Below, in pieces: positions 27,933-39,752 of a stretch of DNA of 64,000 bases. Source of the stretch: Hypanus sabinus (taxonomy: Eukaryota); the NCBI RefSeq assembly GCF_030144855.1, contig NC_082731.1:21452001-21516000 (forward strand). Reading direction: 5' to 3'. The position numbers were made by a program, and so were the translations under genes. Positions within the stretch are counted from its first letter, which is position 1; the number at the start of each line of letters is the position of its first letter. The notes beneath the pieces are model-generated. The model was not told the origin of the DNA. It searched no databases and saw only the letters and a list, made by a program, of their open reading frames with translations.

Positions 27933-28222
27933 CGACTCAATTGCGCAATAATACACGGCTGTGTCCGCGGCTTCAATTCGCTCGATAGTAAATTGGCCGC
28001 GACTCTCTGCGGTGGAGAGATCAAATTTGAAACGACCGTTGTTTTCTATCCCAGATATTCGACGCTTTATTATGTAATCAAGTCTCTGATCGGAATTTTG
28101 TCGATACCACATCATGGAATAGATGTTAGATGTGTCATAGGTGCAGTTTATCTGCACGGAATCGCCCGTCAATGCGGTTTTGTCAGACGGAGACTGCAGC
28201 ACTACTTCCGAGAGACATCGGC
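27933..28222 (-). CDS. TRAV/TRDV: TCR alpha/delta variable segment V1, V exon (intact)
   Basis: Acceptor ttttgtttacag|GC; EVVLQSPSDKTALTGDSVQINC...MMWYRQ...RF...QFTIERIEAADTAVYYCAIES. Cys23, Trp41, Phe89 and Cys104 present; no stops. Confidence 0.93.
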
Positions 28223-28326
28223 CTGTAAACAAAAAAAAGTCGAACCAGCTCAAGTGAACGGTAAACTGGTATAAGCAACAGTAGATGAAACGAGGCGCAT
28301 GATTGTACAACACTCTTTGCACTTAC

Positions 28327-28381
28327 CAATTAAAAGCGCTAGGCACAAATGAAATCGTTTCAACCTCTCTGAGCTGATCAT
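28327..28381 (-). CDS. TRAV/TRDV: V1 leader exon
   Basis: ATG at 28381, MISSERLKRFHLCLALLI then G|gtaagt phase-1 donor; 104-bp intron (28223-28326) splices in frame to the V exon. Confidence 0.88.
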
Positions 28382-29730
28382 TTTTGTAAGTAGAGCCCAC
28401 CTGAGTAAGCGGCAGCCGCACAGTAAACTTACTGAGGCTTTTGAAAGAGTGACAGCAGACTAGAAATTTTGATTATTTCTCAGGGATTGGCTGTGTATAT
28501 TAAATGTTGGTTGATGACATAGAGTACGTATTAACTCTGCGTGGGCGTGCTCAAATGAACAAGCATGATAAGGAATGCATAAAGACACATACATAACTAA
28601 CTGATCAACTTCTGTCAAAACTTGGTTCTCTGTAGATGTGACAAGGCGCCAGAAACGCATCTAAATAAATGAATTGAATTGGCATTATTGGTTACGTTCT
28701 TCATATTCACGAAGAGTAAAAATCTGTACATTACTTCTCCGGCTAAGTGTGCAATGTGCCAATTTTGTAATTTATAATAAATTGAGACAATGAAACCCAA
28801 GCGCCAATCTACGATACTGTATCAGACGTCCATCAGACCGTAATCGATTCCAGTGCGACAGTTGTATTCGATTTACAGCAGTTCGATCCATTGTTAATCA
28901 ATGAATGGTGGAACTGTCAATAGGGGTCAGAGATATTACATTGTCTTCCGCCAGGTGATCAAGTTGGCAATGAACTCAACTCATTTATTTTCCTGCAATT
29001 GGAGTTGCAATAATTATGTGCATTTAATACATGCAGACAGGTTACAAAGGAATCGAGGGATATGGAGACTTAGAGATAAGCAATCCAGAAGAACTGACTA
29101 CAGCAATTGTTATGCTACTGTGCAATACCTAGGAGGCCAGTTTTTCCAGGGAGCCGTGAAAAATGCAGCAGTTCATATCATATCATATCATATCTGACAT
29201 CCAGTTCCATGTTCCATATTCGTAATAATGCTGAAATGAGACAAGGAATAAGACGAGATATCCTCTCCAAAACTACTCTGGAAATTGCTTACGGATGATG
29301 TGCGTTCAAATAACTTGCTAGCACTGCATTCCGAACTTCAGAGCATTTAAGCTAAGTCGTTTAAGCTAGGTAGACACTTCATTACAAACAGGGGTTCTGT
29401 TACGCTTCTCTAATGTAGTGCCAACGAATCAATGCGCTCTCATAAGCAGCAGCACCATTTAAACAGAGAACTTGATTAACTGAACGGTTAGATCAAGACA
29501 AATGTGTTCCAAATCCACAGCAATTAATGATAAAATCCTTTTGGCTTTTCTTATAACTTCCTTTCTTGAGGAATATTATTATCCAGCACTACAAATAAGT
29601 GTTCCGATTTATCTGTCTCAATGATTTATAGTGTACAACCATAAAAAAGCCAGCCCAACAATTAATCCAACATACTTGTGTTGAGCCGAAAGCTCTCCGA
29701 TTGCATTATTTAATTAATTTAAGCAACCGC

Positions 29731-29805
29731 AATTTAGTTAATATAAACATAAACATAATTTAGTTAATATAAACATAAACATAATTTAGTTAATATAAAC
29801 ATAAA
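29731..29805. repeat. 26-bp tandem repeat, about 2.9 copies
   Basis: aatttagttaatataaacataaacat at 29731 and 29757, partial copy at 29783. Confidence 0.95.
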
Positions 29806-32509
29806 TTAATCAACGACCCCTGTTGGCATAATAGACATACCTAGGTGCCTGAAAGCCAGTAAGTGGCCCATCAGGTCGATTTATTTTTTCCCTTCTGAGT
29901 GGCAGACCATGTCCACTTGCTTATGATTGACATTTACTGGGACAAAAAGACTGCATCACTGAAATTCTGCATCCCTCTCAAAATGTTTAACCAATTTCCC
30001 ACTTCGCTCTTTCTCCTGCGTTATGAGGAATAAAAACTTCCACTATTGATTATATGTATTGCAGCCATTTAGGCCTTTATATTTCCCTTGCCAGGATAGC
30101 TGATTCCATATTTTTCCCGACAATTCTATTTAGCATATATTAGCAATTTTCTAATATATTTTATATACCTATGCATGAGTTGATTGCTATCATAATGGAC
30201 TCGGGGGAGAATTCTGAGTGTACCTTTGGAAGGTCTTTGAACAGAGGTTGAATCATGACATCAGGAAAGAGAAAACAAAGAAAAGGAAACATCGGCAGAT
30301 TATATTGATCACAGATTACAATGAATACCATTATTTCACCAGAAGCTATTGAAAGTAGTTGATCAACCAAAAGAGCGCTGAGGATACAAGTACTGAAAGT
30401 TTATATGTCAAAAAATCATGTAAATTTCTATTCTGGATTTTAGGATGCCATATTCTAGAACTTTGATCGTTAGCTTCACTTTGCCCAATTGTTGTTGTTG
30501 TTGTTTTTGTTTTCATTTTTCTCTGGGTACATGCTTGGATATACATAATTGGATAAAACAGAAACACTGAAACTCGAAACAGAATGGCCAGTGTTGGAAA
30601 CCCAAATAGCAAGGTCGTCATTTTGTAGACTCTAACATGGCAGAAGCATGTGCCAAAGGACAAATGATTAGCTGTAATTACTATTATCCGTAAGGACATG
30701 CATTTTTTTTTCTCTTTAATACACGTTTAGACCTGGATGTCAGGTTGGAAGTAATTATCCTGACGACATTTCACAGGGAAGCGGTAATGTGAAAATGCTC
30801 GGTGACTTCGAGTGTAATTTGGTTCGAGAAAAGACATGAAATCAAATATTCCCTGGGAGATGTCCGTGGCCTGGATTCTAATCTGTGCCTCAGCAGTGAA
30901 ATCGGGAAATCCGGATCGCAATTTCCGAATGAGCAGTCGATTTACTAGTTCGACCAACTGCTAATCATCTGTTGCCATCTGCTGGTATCTCTGTGCGGGA
31001 CTTTTGCATTCAACCTGCTGCTGCAATTGTTACTACACAGTAAACTACGAAAAAGAGATAGAATGTATATTATTGAGACACTGCGGAGGTCCACGAATTG
31101 ATTTGATATCTGTCGGAAACAAATATTCTATGAAAACTGAAAAGAATATCGCGAGCGTGTGAGATATTCCATAAAATGTAAGTCGGAATTTATTCAAAGA
31201 AGAAGTTGTGAAGAAGTTGTTTCTTCGAGTAAAGCCACTCTTCACATTATAGAAACCGTCTGTATTTACAGGAAGCCTATACTCCCTTTTCGCCTGACGG
31301 TACATATGAAATATCGCTGCTCCTCATTTCCTCTTAAAGCAGTTTTATTCCTTTCTCAAATCTGCTGGCATCTGACCACTACCGTTATGTTATATGGCTG
31401 CAGATCATTCTTTTCACATATTATTTTCCATCCTATTGAAACTCATTCGTGTCTACATCTCACAATCTATTTGCTGTCTCTACACTGGCGTTCCCCTCCC
31501 CATCTTAACACATGTATCACTTTAAATCTCCCTTTATTTTTCTCGAAATATAATACACCAGGCACTGTCTCGCAAATCGGATAATTTTCCTGGTGTACAT
31601 AACATTATCTTGCAATCAGCCCCTCGTCAGCTATCTGTCTTGCATCGCACTTTCACTGTCCCAGAATGTCTGTCTTCCAGTTACAGTCGTGATCCGGGGC
31701 TCTTGCTCCAAAATATTGAATACTATTTTACCCGAACAAATGCTTCCTTTTGTTGTCTACTAGTAGAATTATTAAATCGGCCCCACAATGACATAAAGGA
31801 ACACTTTGTTTTTACCTCGGGGCTCAACGAATTTGAGCCCATCCTGTATCTCATCGCCTATGTCCCTTTTGTTGTAACTCATCAAGATTGTCACACTTCT
31901 TCCCGGTTTCAGGGATAAAAACCATGTTCGTTCGACCTTTCATTCCGGTTAGAATTTCAAGGACTGCATATTTTTTTTGTTAATATCCTGTACGTCAACC
32001 GCATGACATCGTGTAATATTGAGAAGGAACTGCACGACAGAGCAGGAGGTGACTACCAGGTTTTGATGAAAAATACTAGCAAATCGACAAGATTATGAGA
32101 GACATAGATGGAGTAGACGGGGTGCCTTTGTTGGGATGAAAACTAATACGCATTGAAAATTAGCGGAGTTAGTTGCAAGGGGAATAGAAGTTGTTCCTTT
32201 TTGTTTATGTATAGAATGATCAATGACTAGTATGCGCCGTACGGCAAGGTGTCAGGGACAAATACATTATAGTGTTTCTGGAGATATTTAGATAGGCACA
32301 TAAATGTACGGAATATGGAGGAACATGCACATTATGTAGGAAAGAAAGAATAGTTATAGCTGTTTTGGCGCAAAACTGTGGACAAAAGAGCTTGTTCCTT
32401 TGCCGAACTGTTTCAAGTTCATCGTTGTATCCACGCAATACCGGGCACCGTGGCGTACAGGTTAACACAACATATAATTTAGTAGCGACGGGGCTCAATT
32501 ACAAGCGCT

Positions 32510-32600
32510 GCCTCAAAGGATGCTTACGTTCTCCCCGTCACTGCATGAGCTTCCTCTGGATGATCAGATTTCTCCCTTAGTATAAATGACTTATAGGCTT
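32510..32600 (+). mobile_element. SINE relic (V-SINE-like core)
   Basis: acgttctccccgtcactgcatgagcttcctctgg resembles the vertebrate V-SINE core. Confidence 0.5.
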
Positions 32601-32707
32601 TTATATTAAATGTTCATTATAAATTGTCCCGTGACGACACTAGCATTTGTTCGGGCAGTTGGCAGGTGTGGTTCGAAAGATGGGAACGTCATACCTCATG
32701 GCGAAGG

Positions 32708-32806
32708 GAATGAATGAATGATTGAATGAATAAATGAATGAATGAATGAATGAATGAATGAATAAATAAACAAAAAAAAACAAACAAATACATAAATAAA
32801 TAAATA
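32708..32806. repeat. (GAAT)n microsatellite with A-rich extension
   Basis: Direct reading. Confidence 0.95.
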
Positions 32807-33489
32807 GAAAGATGAATCGATGTTTATGTGATTCCAATAAGGTGCAGAATTTCGGTCTTCCGCGTTCCAGATGCAGGAATTCATATGAGGGCTGTACACT
32901 AAATGATTGGTGAGTAAAAGTTCTACAGAAACTGAAAGCTGCAGAGAAAAAACCATCTACTGAAAAAAAAAACAACACCGCTATACATCAAACAGCATTG
33001 TTATGAGAACAAAATTTCGCCGTTTTCTTTTGAGGCATTGCATCGTTAAGAACTATTTAAAGAGGGAAAAATGTCAGTATAAATTGGAGAACTGCAGAGG
33101 CTAGAAAGAATACCGATAGCATTTCATATCATGTGGAGCGTACAGTAATACACAGGTATTATTAGTAAGCGGATACGCCAGCAGAGATGTGAGATAATGT
33201 AAGATGCATTGTAAATGCAAGCAGACATAAGAGAAACATTTGGTAATGGGAATTCGTAGTCAGTTTCTGATTTCAATGCTGAAGAAAATAATCATTTGAC
33301 TTACCGGATTCATTAGTTAATCCGAACTTCCTTGCCTACATTAACCTACCAAAGCACTATATTCAATTTTCCTCCGATCTCACTTGTTTAGTGTATGTGC
33401 CATACTCTCTAAATTTATGACGATGTCTCTCCGTGCTGAGCCGTGCATAGCTTTTTTTATATGATTGACTACTTTTAACAGAGGTTGGT

Positions 33490-36400
33490 CATGTGAGGAT
33501 TGGGTACCTTGTCGGTGATTCACTTTGCCTCTGAGGTGTGATGAGCATCTGCTCCCTGCCAGCAAAAGACAGAACAAGACGCAATATGCTACAACTTATT
33601 ATATGCGTTATTGCAGACAAATATTAAGCAGTTGTAAATAATAGCGTGTTCAAGATAGAAATTCCAACGAAGTATCTCACACTTGAAATATAAATAAGGT
33701 TCCTCATCGCAAAGATGAAGTCTAACCTGATGAATTTCTCCTGCATGTTGTTTACATAGAATATCAACATGGAAAAATGCATTACATGGACTGGCACTCT
33801 GTCAACTACGATAAACAGAGAAAATTCAAATATAAACGCCCAATTGAACTATCTGATTTAGTCTTGTTGCTGTTATCCACCTCACATAAACTCCATCTTT
33901 CAATCTAAACGACTCTTCATGGCCCACCGATTTGTATGTTTACTAACATTACCAAAGCATATCCCAGGCACAACTCTCCGTGGAAAAAGGGAGTTTGTAC
34001 CACACATTACATCATACAGACACAGAGACACAGAAAAATGCAAAACAGAGTCGGTTGGTTTGGCCCATCATGTTCGGGCCAACCTAGCAGCCTGCACCCG
34101 GACCTTTGACCCCAATACCCCCACCATACACGTAATTATCCAAAACAATATTATATGGTTCAATCAAAATCCCATCAATCTCTTGCACTGATAACTGGTT
34201 CCACGATATAACCAACACCCAAGTGAAGAATTTTACACTCATTATCCTTGAAATAATTTTGTAGTTATCCTTTATGCATGAGCTCTCATTGTTCTCTCAA
34301 ACAGCCTTAGCTAAAGAACCTGTCTACATTTTCCTATCTGTACACCAGAGAATTTTGTATACTTTGACAATATCTCTCTTCAATCATCTGCTTTATAGGG
34401 AACAAATATCTAACCTATTTAATCCATCCCCATAACCCGACAAATTATCCCTGTACTCCTTCAAACAAACGTATATTTGTGTTTCTTCTCGGTCGGTGAT
34501 CTAAGCTGCACACAATAATAATGAAATTAGGTCTTATCAATGTCTTAGATAACGACAACCTAACATCCCAGGTTCTGTACTTAAAACATTGATTAATGAG
34601 GCAATGTGTTTCGTACATGAATTAGTCCTCTGTATTCTCAGATTATCCTATTTTATCGAATTCCTTCTAGCCACTGTTCTTTGTGTAAGGTGGCTGGTCC
34701 AACCACTGTGCAACAACACACACGCGTCGGCATTATATGCATTGTGGCACTTTCAGCCCATTTTTCCAGCCTGTCCAAATCACGCTGTATGCTTTGGTAA
34801 TCCACTTCGTTGTCTGCTCATCCCATAATTTTGGTGTCGTCAGCAAAATTGCTGAGATATTATATCACATGATCATGTGACTGTTGGTGGAAATGATAAA
34901 CAACAACGGATTTAGCAGTGATCATTGCTGATCTCCACCAGTCAGCGAATCAATCACTGACTACCACCCTCTGCCTGCTCCCATACTGTCAATGTAAAAG
35001 CCAATTTAAAACTTCATATCGAGCTCCAGGCAACATTACCGCCTTGGGAAACCTCCATACAAGTGGTTAAAAATGACTAGCTAATGATCATACGACCCAC
35101 TGCCTTCTATTCACGAACATTTATAGCAACTTCGTCGACGAACTATATTCCATTGATTAGACACGACGAACGATGCACCAACCCATGCCGATTCTTCTTA
35201 ATTAGTCCCCGTCTTACAATGGACACTCATATATCCGGTTTCTCAGAAGAATTCCCATTGACTTTAGCCTGGACTGATGTCATATTCACCGACATAATTT
35301 CCTAGCCTTTTCTCAAAGCATTTCATGAAGATCGGTGCAACAATGGCTGTCCTCTAACATCCATCCAGGAACTCATTTATCGCTCAGCATGTCTTATATA
35401 TGAGTAAATTCTTTTCGAGCTTCAAGCCAGGTAAGGGCATGAACTTTCACGGAACTTCGAATACAGACTCCGGTATCTTCATCAGCAATGATCCCAAGAC
35501 ATGTCTAGCCCGGTGAGTATACTTGTAATACACTGAGGAAAATTCCACTGCTAGCGAAATGGTCTTTCAGTACAAACTATATTTGGGTTAAGACTAGAGA
35601 TAATGGATGCTTTGGAATGTGAGCTGAATCATTTGTTCGACGGGAGATGATTGAGAAGATGCTGGAGATAACTGGTCGTATGGTATGACCGACTGAGGAG
35701 ATCGTGATTCGATGGAGCCAGTCGCCCGATCGACTGAGGATCGTTGAATTGAGCTCCATCTAGTGCACAATCCAGTGTATAATTATAATGGGCCACATTT
35801 GTGTTTCTTTTCATTTCTTTTCTTTACTTACCCTTTCGTTAAGTTTTCTAAATACTATTCCATTAATTTTATGCAGTGTGCTCTTGTTGTTACTTGCCTC
35901 TGATTTGCAACAGTGTAGCAAATTACACAGCATCTATAAACCGGATTTTGTCGTAGGAGAGCAGCCTCAAACGCTTGTGTTTGGCCGGATTGGGGAGTGG
36001 ATTCTCTAGACTTTCGCAGGCAAGGAAACCAGCGGGACTTCACATACACCCCGGTCTTCTGTCCGTATTAATTGGTTAGACATCAGCCAGCCATGTATAT
36101 ATTGTTTTATATTCTTATATTAGAATACCAGTCCTTATTCAAGCAAGACATTCAACATTGTTAAAATTCTTATTTTGTGTCGTGTTATTTCAATCGTTTC
36201 GTACATCATACGGTGTTAGAAACGAAAGACGCAAAACAGTAATTTTCTGGCGTTGAAGTCAATGCTATGGACTTGCGTATGCAATGTCCTGCTGTAGCTG
36301 ATTTCTCCAGGTAACCCAAATAGATGCACTTCCGAATTCGCTGATATGGGTTTCCAACGTACACCACCTTTTACCAACATACGCTGCTACCAATTCGCAG

Positions 36401-37678
36401 CGTATATGTAAGCGCCTGCAGTCCTGAGCCACAGATCATCTTTGGACAACATATGCTGAGATATGGGCTTCCGTACGAGTTTGCAGATGACATTAATCCA
36501 GAGTTTCCTTAGGAAAGAGGCGATACCTCAAGAAACAGAGGAAATATGGAGAAGAAAGTCAGCAGTCACTGGCTTCTCCTTGTTGTCATATTGGCCAGAC
36601 GGTACGAACGGTAATCAAGGAGGAGAGTTGATGTATCACTTTTGGCTACCCAGAGAAGAATGCGGTAGGAAAAGATTGCTTACGTAATTGTCATAGGATG
36701 CAATTCCACAGTATAATACTTCTGTGTCCTGGCAATGGATTTGCACCGCCTCTTGGCTGAAGTCACTGAATTAAAACAAAACTAAAGCAAAATTTTAACG
36801 ATGACGGGAAACTCACACAAAGTCAAAAATGTAATTGATATAAACAAGACAGGGCATCGAAACCTGATCGTTTTATGACTAAAAAAAGAAGAGGGAAGGA
36901 CGACCTGAATATCGATACAACCAGACTGGACTTACCTCGGCTATGTCTATGATGAAGTTAACCCAGGACGTAATCGAAATGTCGTTTAAGATAGATACCT
37001 TTACGTGGCTAGATGCCTGTGCAGAGTTTATTCGTCAGTTTAAACAGGAACTCACCCGTTTCTTTTTGTCGTGACTTTTATATCTTTGCTATGGTCCCTG
37101 AAGGTACTGCGCAGTAACTTGTCGAACAGCCCTCGGGCACTGGAGTTTAATCCACGTTAAGTTGTCTCAGGCCCGCTAGCACCTCTTTCTCTGTAATCTT
37201 TGTAGGGTGCCACCTCGCTACTGACTTATCTCATTGTCCTTCTCCAGAGTAAATACAGGTACAACAAGAAAAAACAGTTTAATACACCCCCTCCCATCTC
37301 TTTTGCCTCCACGCATAGATTACCAACTGACACTAAAGAAGGCAAATGTTAACTTTTCAATGCATTATCTTTTAGTTTCTCTGAAGACGCCCTGAGAATT
37401 CTGCGTTCCCTGCTCTGCTGGTATAATATATTTCTTTTTTTTTTGCGTCAGACCCCATTGTCCTCCCTCAGCATCAATTTGCCTTTACTATTCTGCACAT
37501 CTAACTCATATCCCTCAGGCACCTTTTTTTCTGGACGAGGTCCTCAATATCTCTGAAACCCGGGTGTCGCAGAAGTTGTAATTATTACTATTTATTCCAG
37601 CAAGCATATCCAAGCTTTGTGCTTCAAGTATTTTAATTTTCCTAGGCCTCCCACTTACCAAATTCACCTTTGCCAGAA
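33490..37678 (-). repeat. Old CR1-derived unit, copy B (uninterrupted, about 4.2 kb)
   Basis: Collinear with 17520-18367 plus 22561-25842; antisense CR1 RT and endonuclease motifs; no ORFs. Confidence 0.85.
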
Positions 37679-38249
37679 AATAGCCTGTTTCACATAACAT
37701 TTGTCATTTGACAAACTTACGTAGCGGAGGGAAGCACACAAAGAGAAAAGACCTCACTACGATAGACTGTTCCTTATCTTGAAGCGACAAGTCTCCAGTC
37801 TCACTCCAGCAGGTCAACTTGCTGGGGATTCAGACAAAGTTTCAGACGAGGTTGAAGAATAGGTAACTCACGGGGTTCTGACGGGTACGGTCCAGCAGTC
37901 CCACTTTCTCCAGAGCTATTTATGTTACCAGCCCGAAACATGAATCTGGTTGTACAATTAAGGCACCCAACAGATCAACGGGAAAAAAAAGGGTGTACAG
38001 AATCCATGCACTGGATCGTGAACCGAAAAGCGGTCATCACGGACCAGATCGTGACAGTTGGTCCTGGCTTTTATACGGTGTTAGCGTTTCCTGGATGGCA
38101 TTAGCTGGAATAGTTTGTAGTTGGCGGACTAGGGCCGCGAATGATCCTTCGTGCCCTTTTTACACGCCTGTCTTTGTAAATATGCTGAATATTGGTAAGT
38201 CCACCTCTATAAATTTGAGGGATGTCCGGATCACTCTCTGCAGAGGCTT

Positions 38250-38830
38250 GTGATTCAGTGAAGTACAATTTCCATGCCAGGCAGTTATGCGGCCAGTCAC
38301 GATGTTCTCAGTGATGCCCCTATAGAAGGTTCTCACAATTTGAAGGGGTCCGCTTCTGAAACATTTTGCCGTGAAAGAGGAGTTGTTGTGCCCTTTTCAC
38401 CACACAACTAATATGTACTGATCACGCGAGGGGTTGACTGTGGGTGGCAGTATGCTGCAGATGTTGTCCATGACCAGGGTCACAAAGCATTTTCTTATTA
38501 TTGAGGTGTGTGCGACAGGACGCCAATTGTTCAGATATGTTGACTCGGTCATTTTAGGTACAGGGGCATAGCTAAATATTTTGAAACAGGAGGGTACTCT
38601 ACAGTGGGAGAGGGAGGAATTAAAAATATCTGTAAACCCACGTGCCAGTTGTGACGCGCACATCCTTATTACTCGCTCTGGGATGCCATTCGGTCACGCG
38701 GCCTTGCGACTGTCCACCCGCTGGAAACAACTGCACACTTCGGCTTCAGAGTTGACTAATCTGCTGGTTGCATCATCTGTAAATTCTCTCAGTGGCTCAA
38801 TATTGTCGACACCGAAACGAACACAAAATG
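38250..38830 (-). mobile_element. Rex1/Babar LINE RT fragment
   Basis: ORF 38397-38663 'CASQLARGFTDIFNSSL...VPSCFK...PVPK...LNNWRPVAHTSII'. Confidence 0.88.
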
Positions 38831-39467
38831 ATTTAGCTTGTCTTGGAGAGTGTAATCGATTTTAGAAACCCCACTGCGTTAAGATTCGAAATCTGCGATG
38901 AGTGTTAAGAACTTGCCATAATCTGCTTGTGCTGTTAGTTGAAAGTAGAATCTAAATCTTGTATTTCTAAAGTTGTTTTGCTGCCTTGATGACTTTGCAC
39001 AAATCGTAGCTGTATTTCTCGAGTTCCTGTTGATTACGGGCAACATAACCTCTGTGTCGTGTGCTAAGTGCTACTCGTATGGAACTGTTCATCCAGGATT
39101 TATGATTTTAAAGATCCTGGGTGATTGCATGGGGACAACAGCTCCGATGCGTTTTCGAAATGAAACTCTTAACCCTATCCGTGAAGTCGGAGACACACTC
39201 ATCATGAACGGAAATCAGGTCTAGATGTTGGAGGCTATTACAAGCGATGATCGAGGAGGTTGTTCTGCAAAGAGAGATATCTTGCTGGAAAGAATAGACG
39301 TGGGTAGTTTCTGAAGTTATGATAAAGTACTGCATTATCAACACTCGAATAAACCGTGACTAGATGGGAGCAGATCAGATTTCCTGCAATTTAATGTGGC
39401 AGCATGTTTATTACAAACATTTTGGGACAAATGACCTGTTTTTCTGTTGCATTGTTCAATGTAAATA

Positions 39468-39752
39468 CAGTGGCATGCAAAGATTTGGGAACCCCTGTTC
39501 AAAATTTCTCTTACTGCAAAATTCAACATCAGAAGTTTGTAAAGGAACATCTAAACAGGCCTGGTGCATTATAGAAACATGTCCCGTGGACTACCGAAGT
39601 TAAATTAGAACTTTTTGGCCGCAAGGGGCAGAGGTAAGTTCGGAGAAAAAAGGGTGCAGCATTTCATACAAATAGCACCCCTCCAACTGTTAAGGACGGC
39701 GGTGGATCGATGATGCTTTGGGCTTGTGTTGCAGCCTGTTGCACGGGGAACA
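39468..39752 (+). mobile_element. Tc1/mariner fragment (left TIR plus internally deleted transposase)
   Basis: TA|CAGTGGCATGCAAAG terminus; 'LELFG...RRKKG.AF...PTVKDGGGSMMLWACVAA'. Confidence 0.85.
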
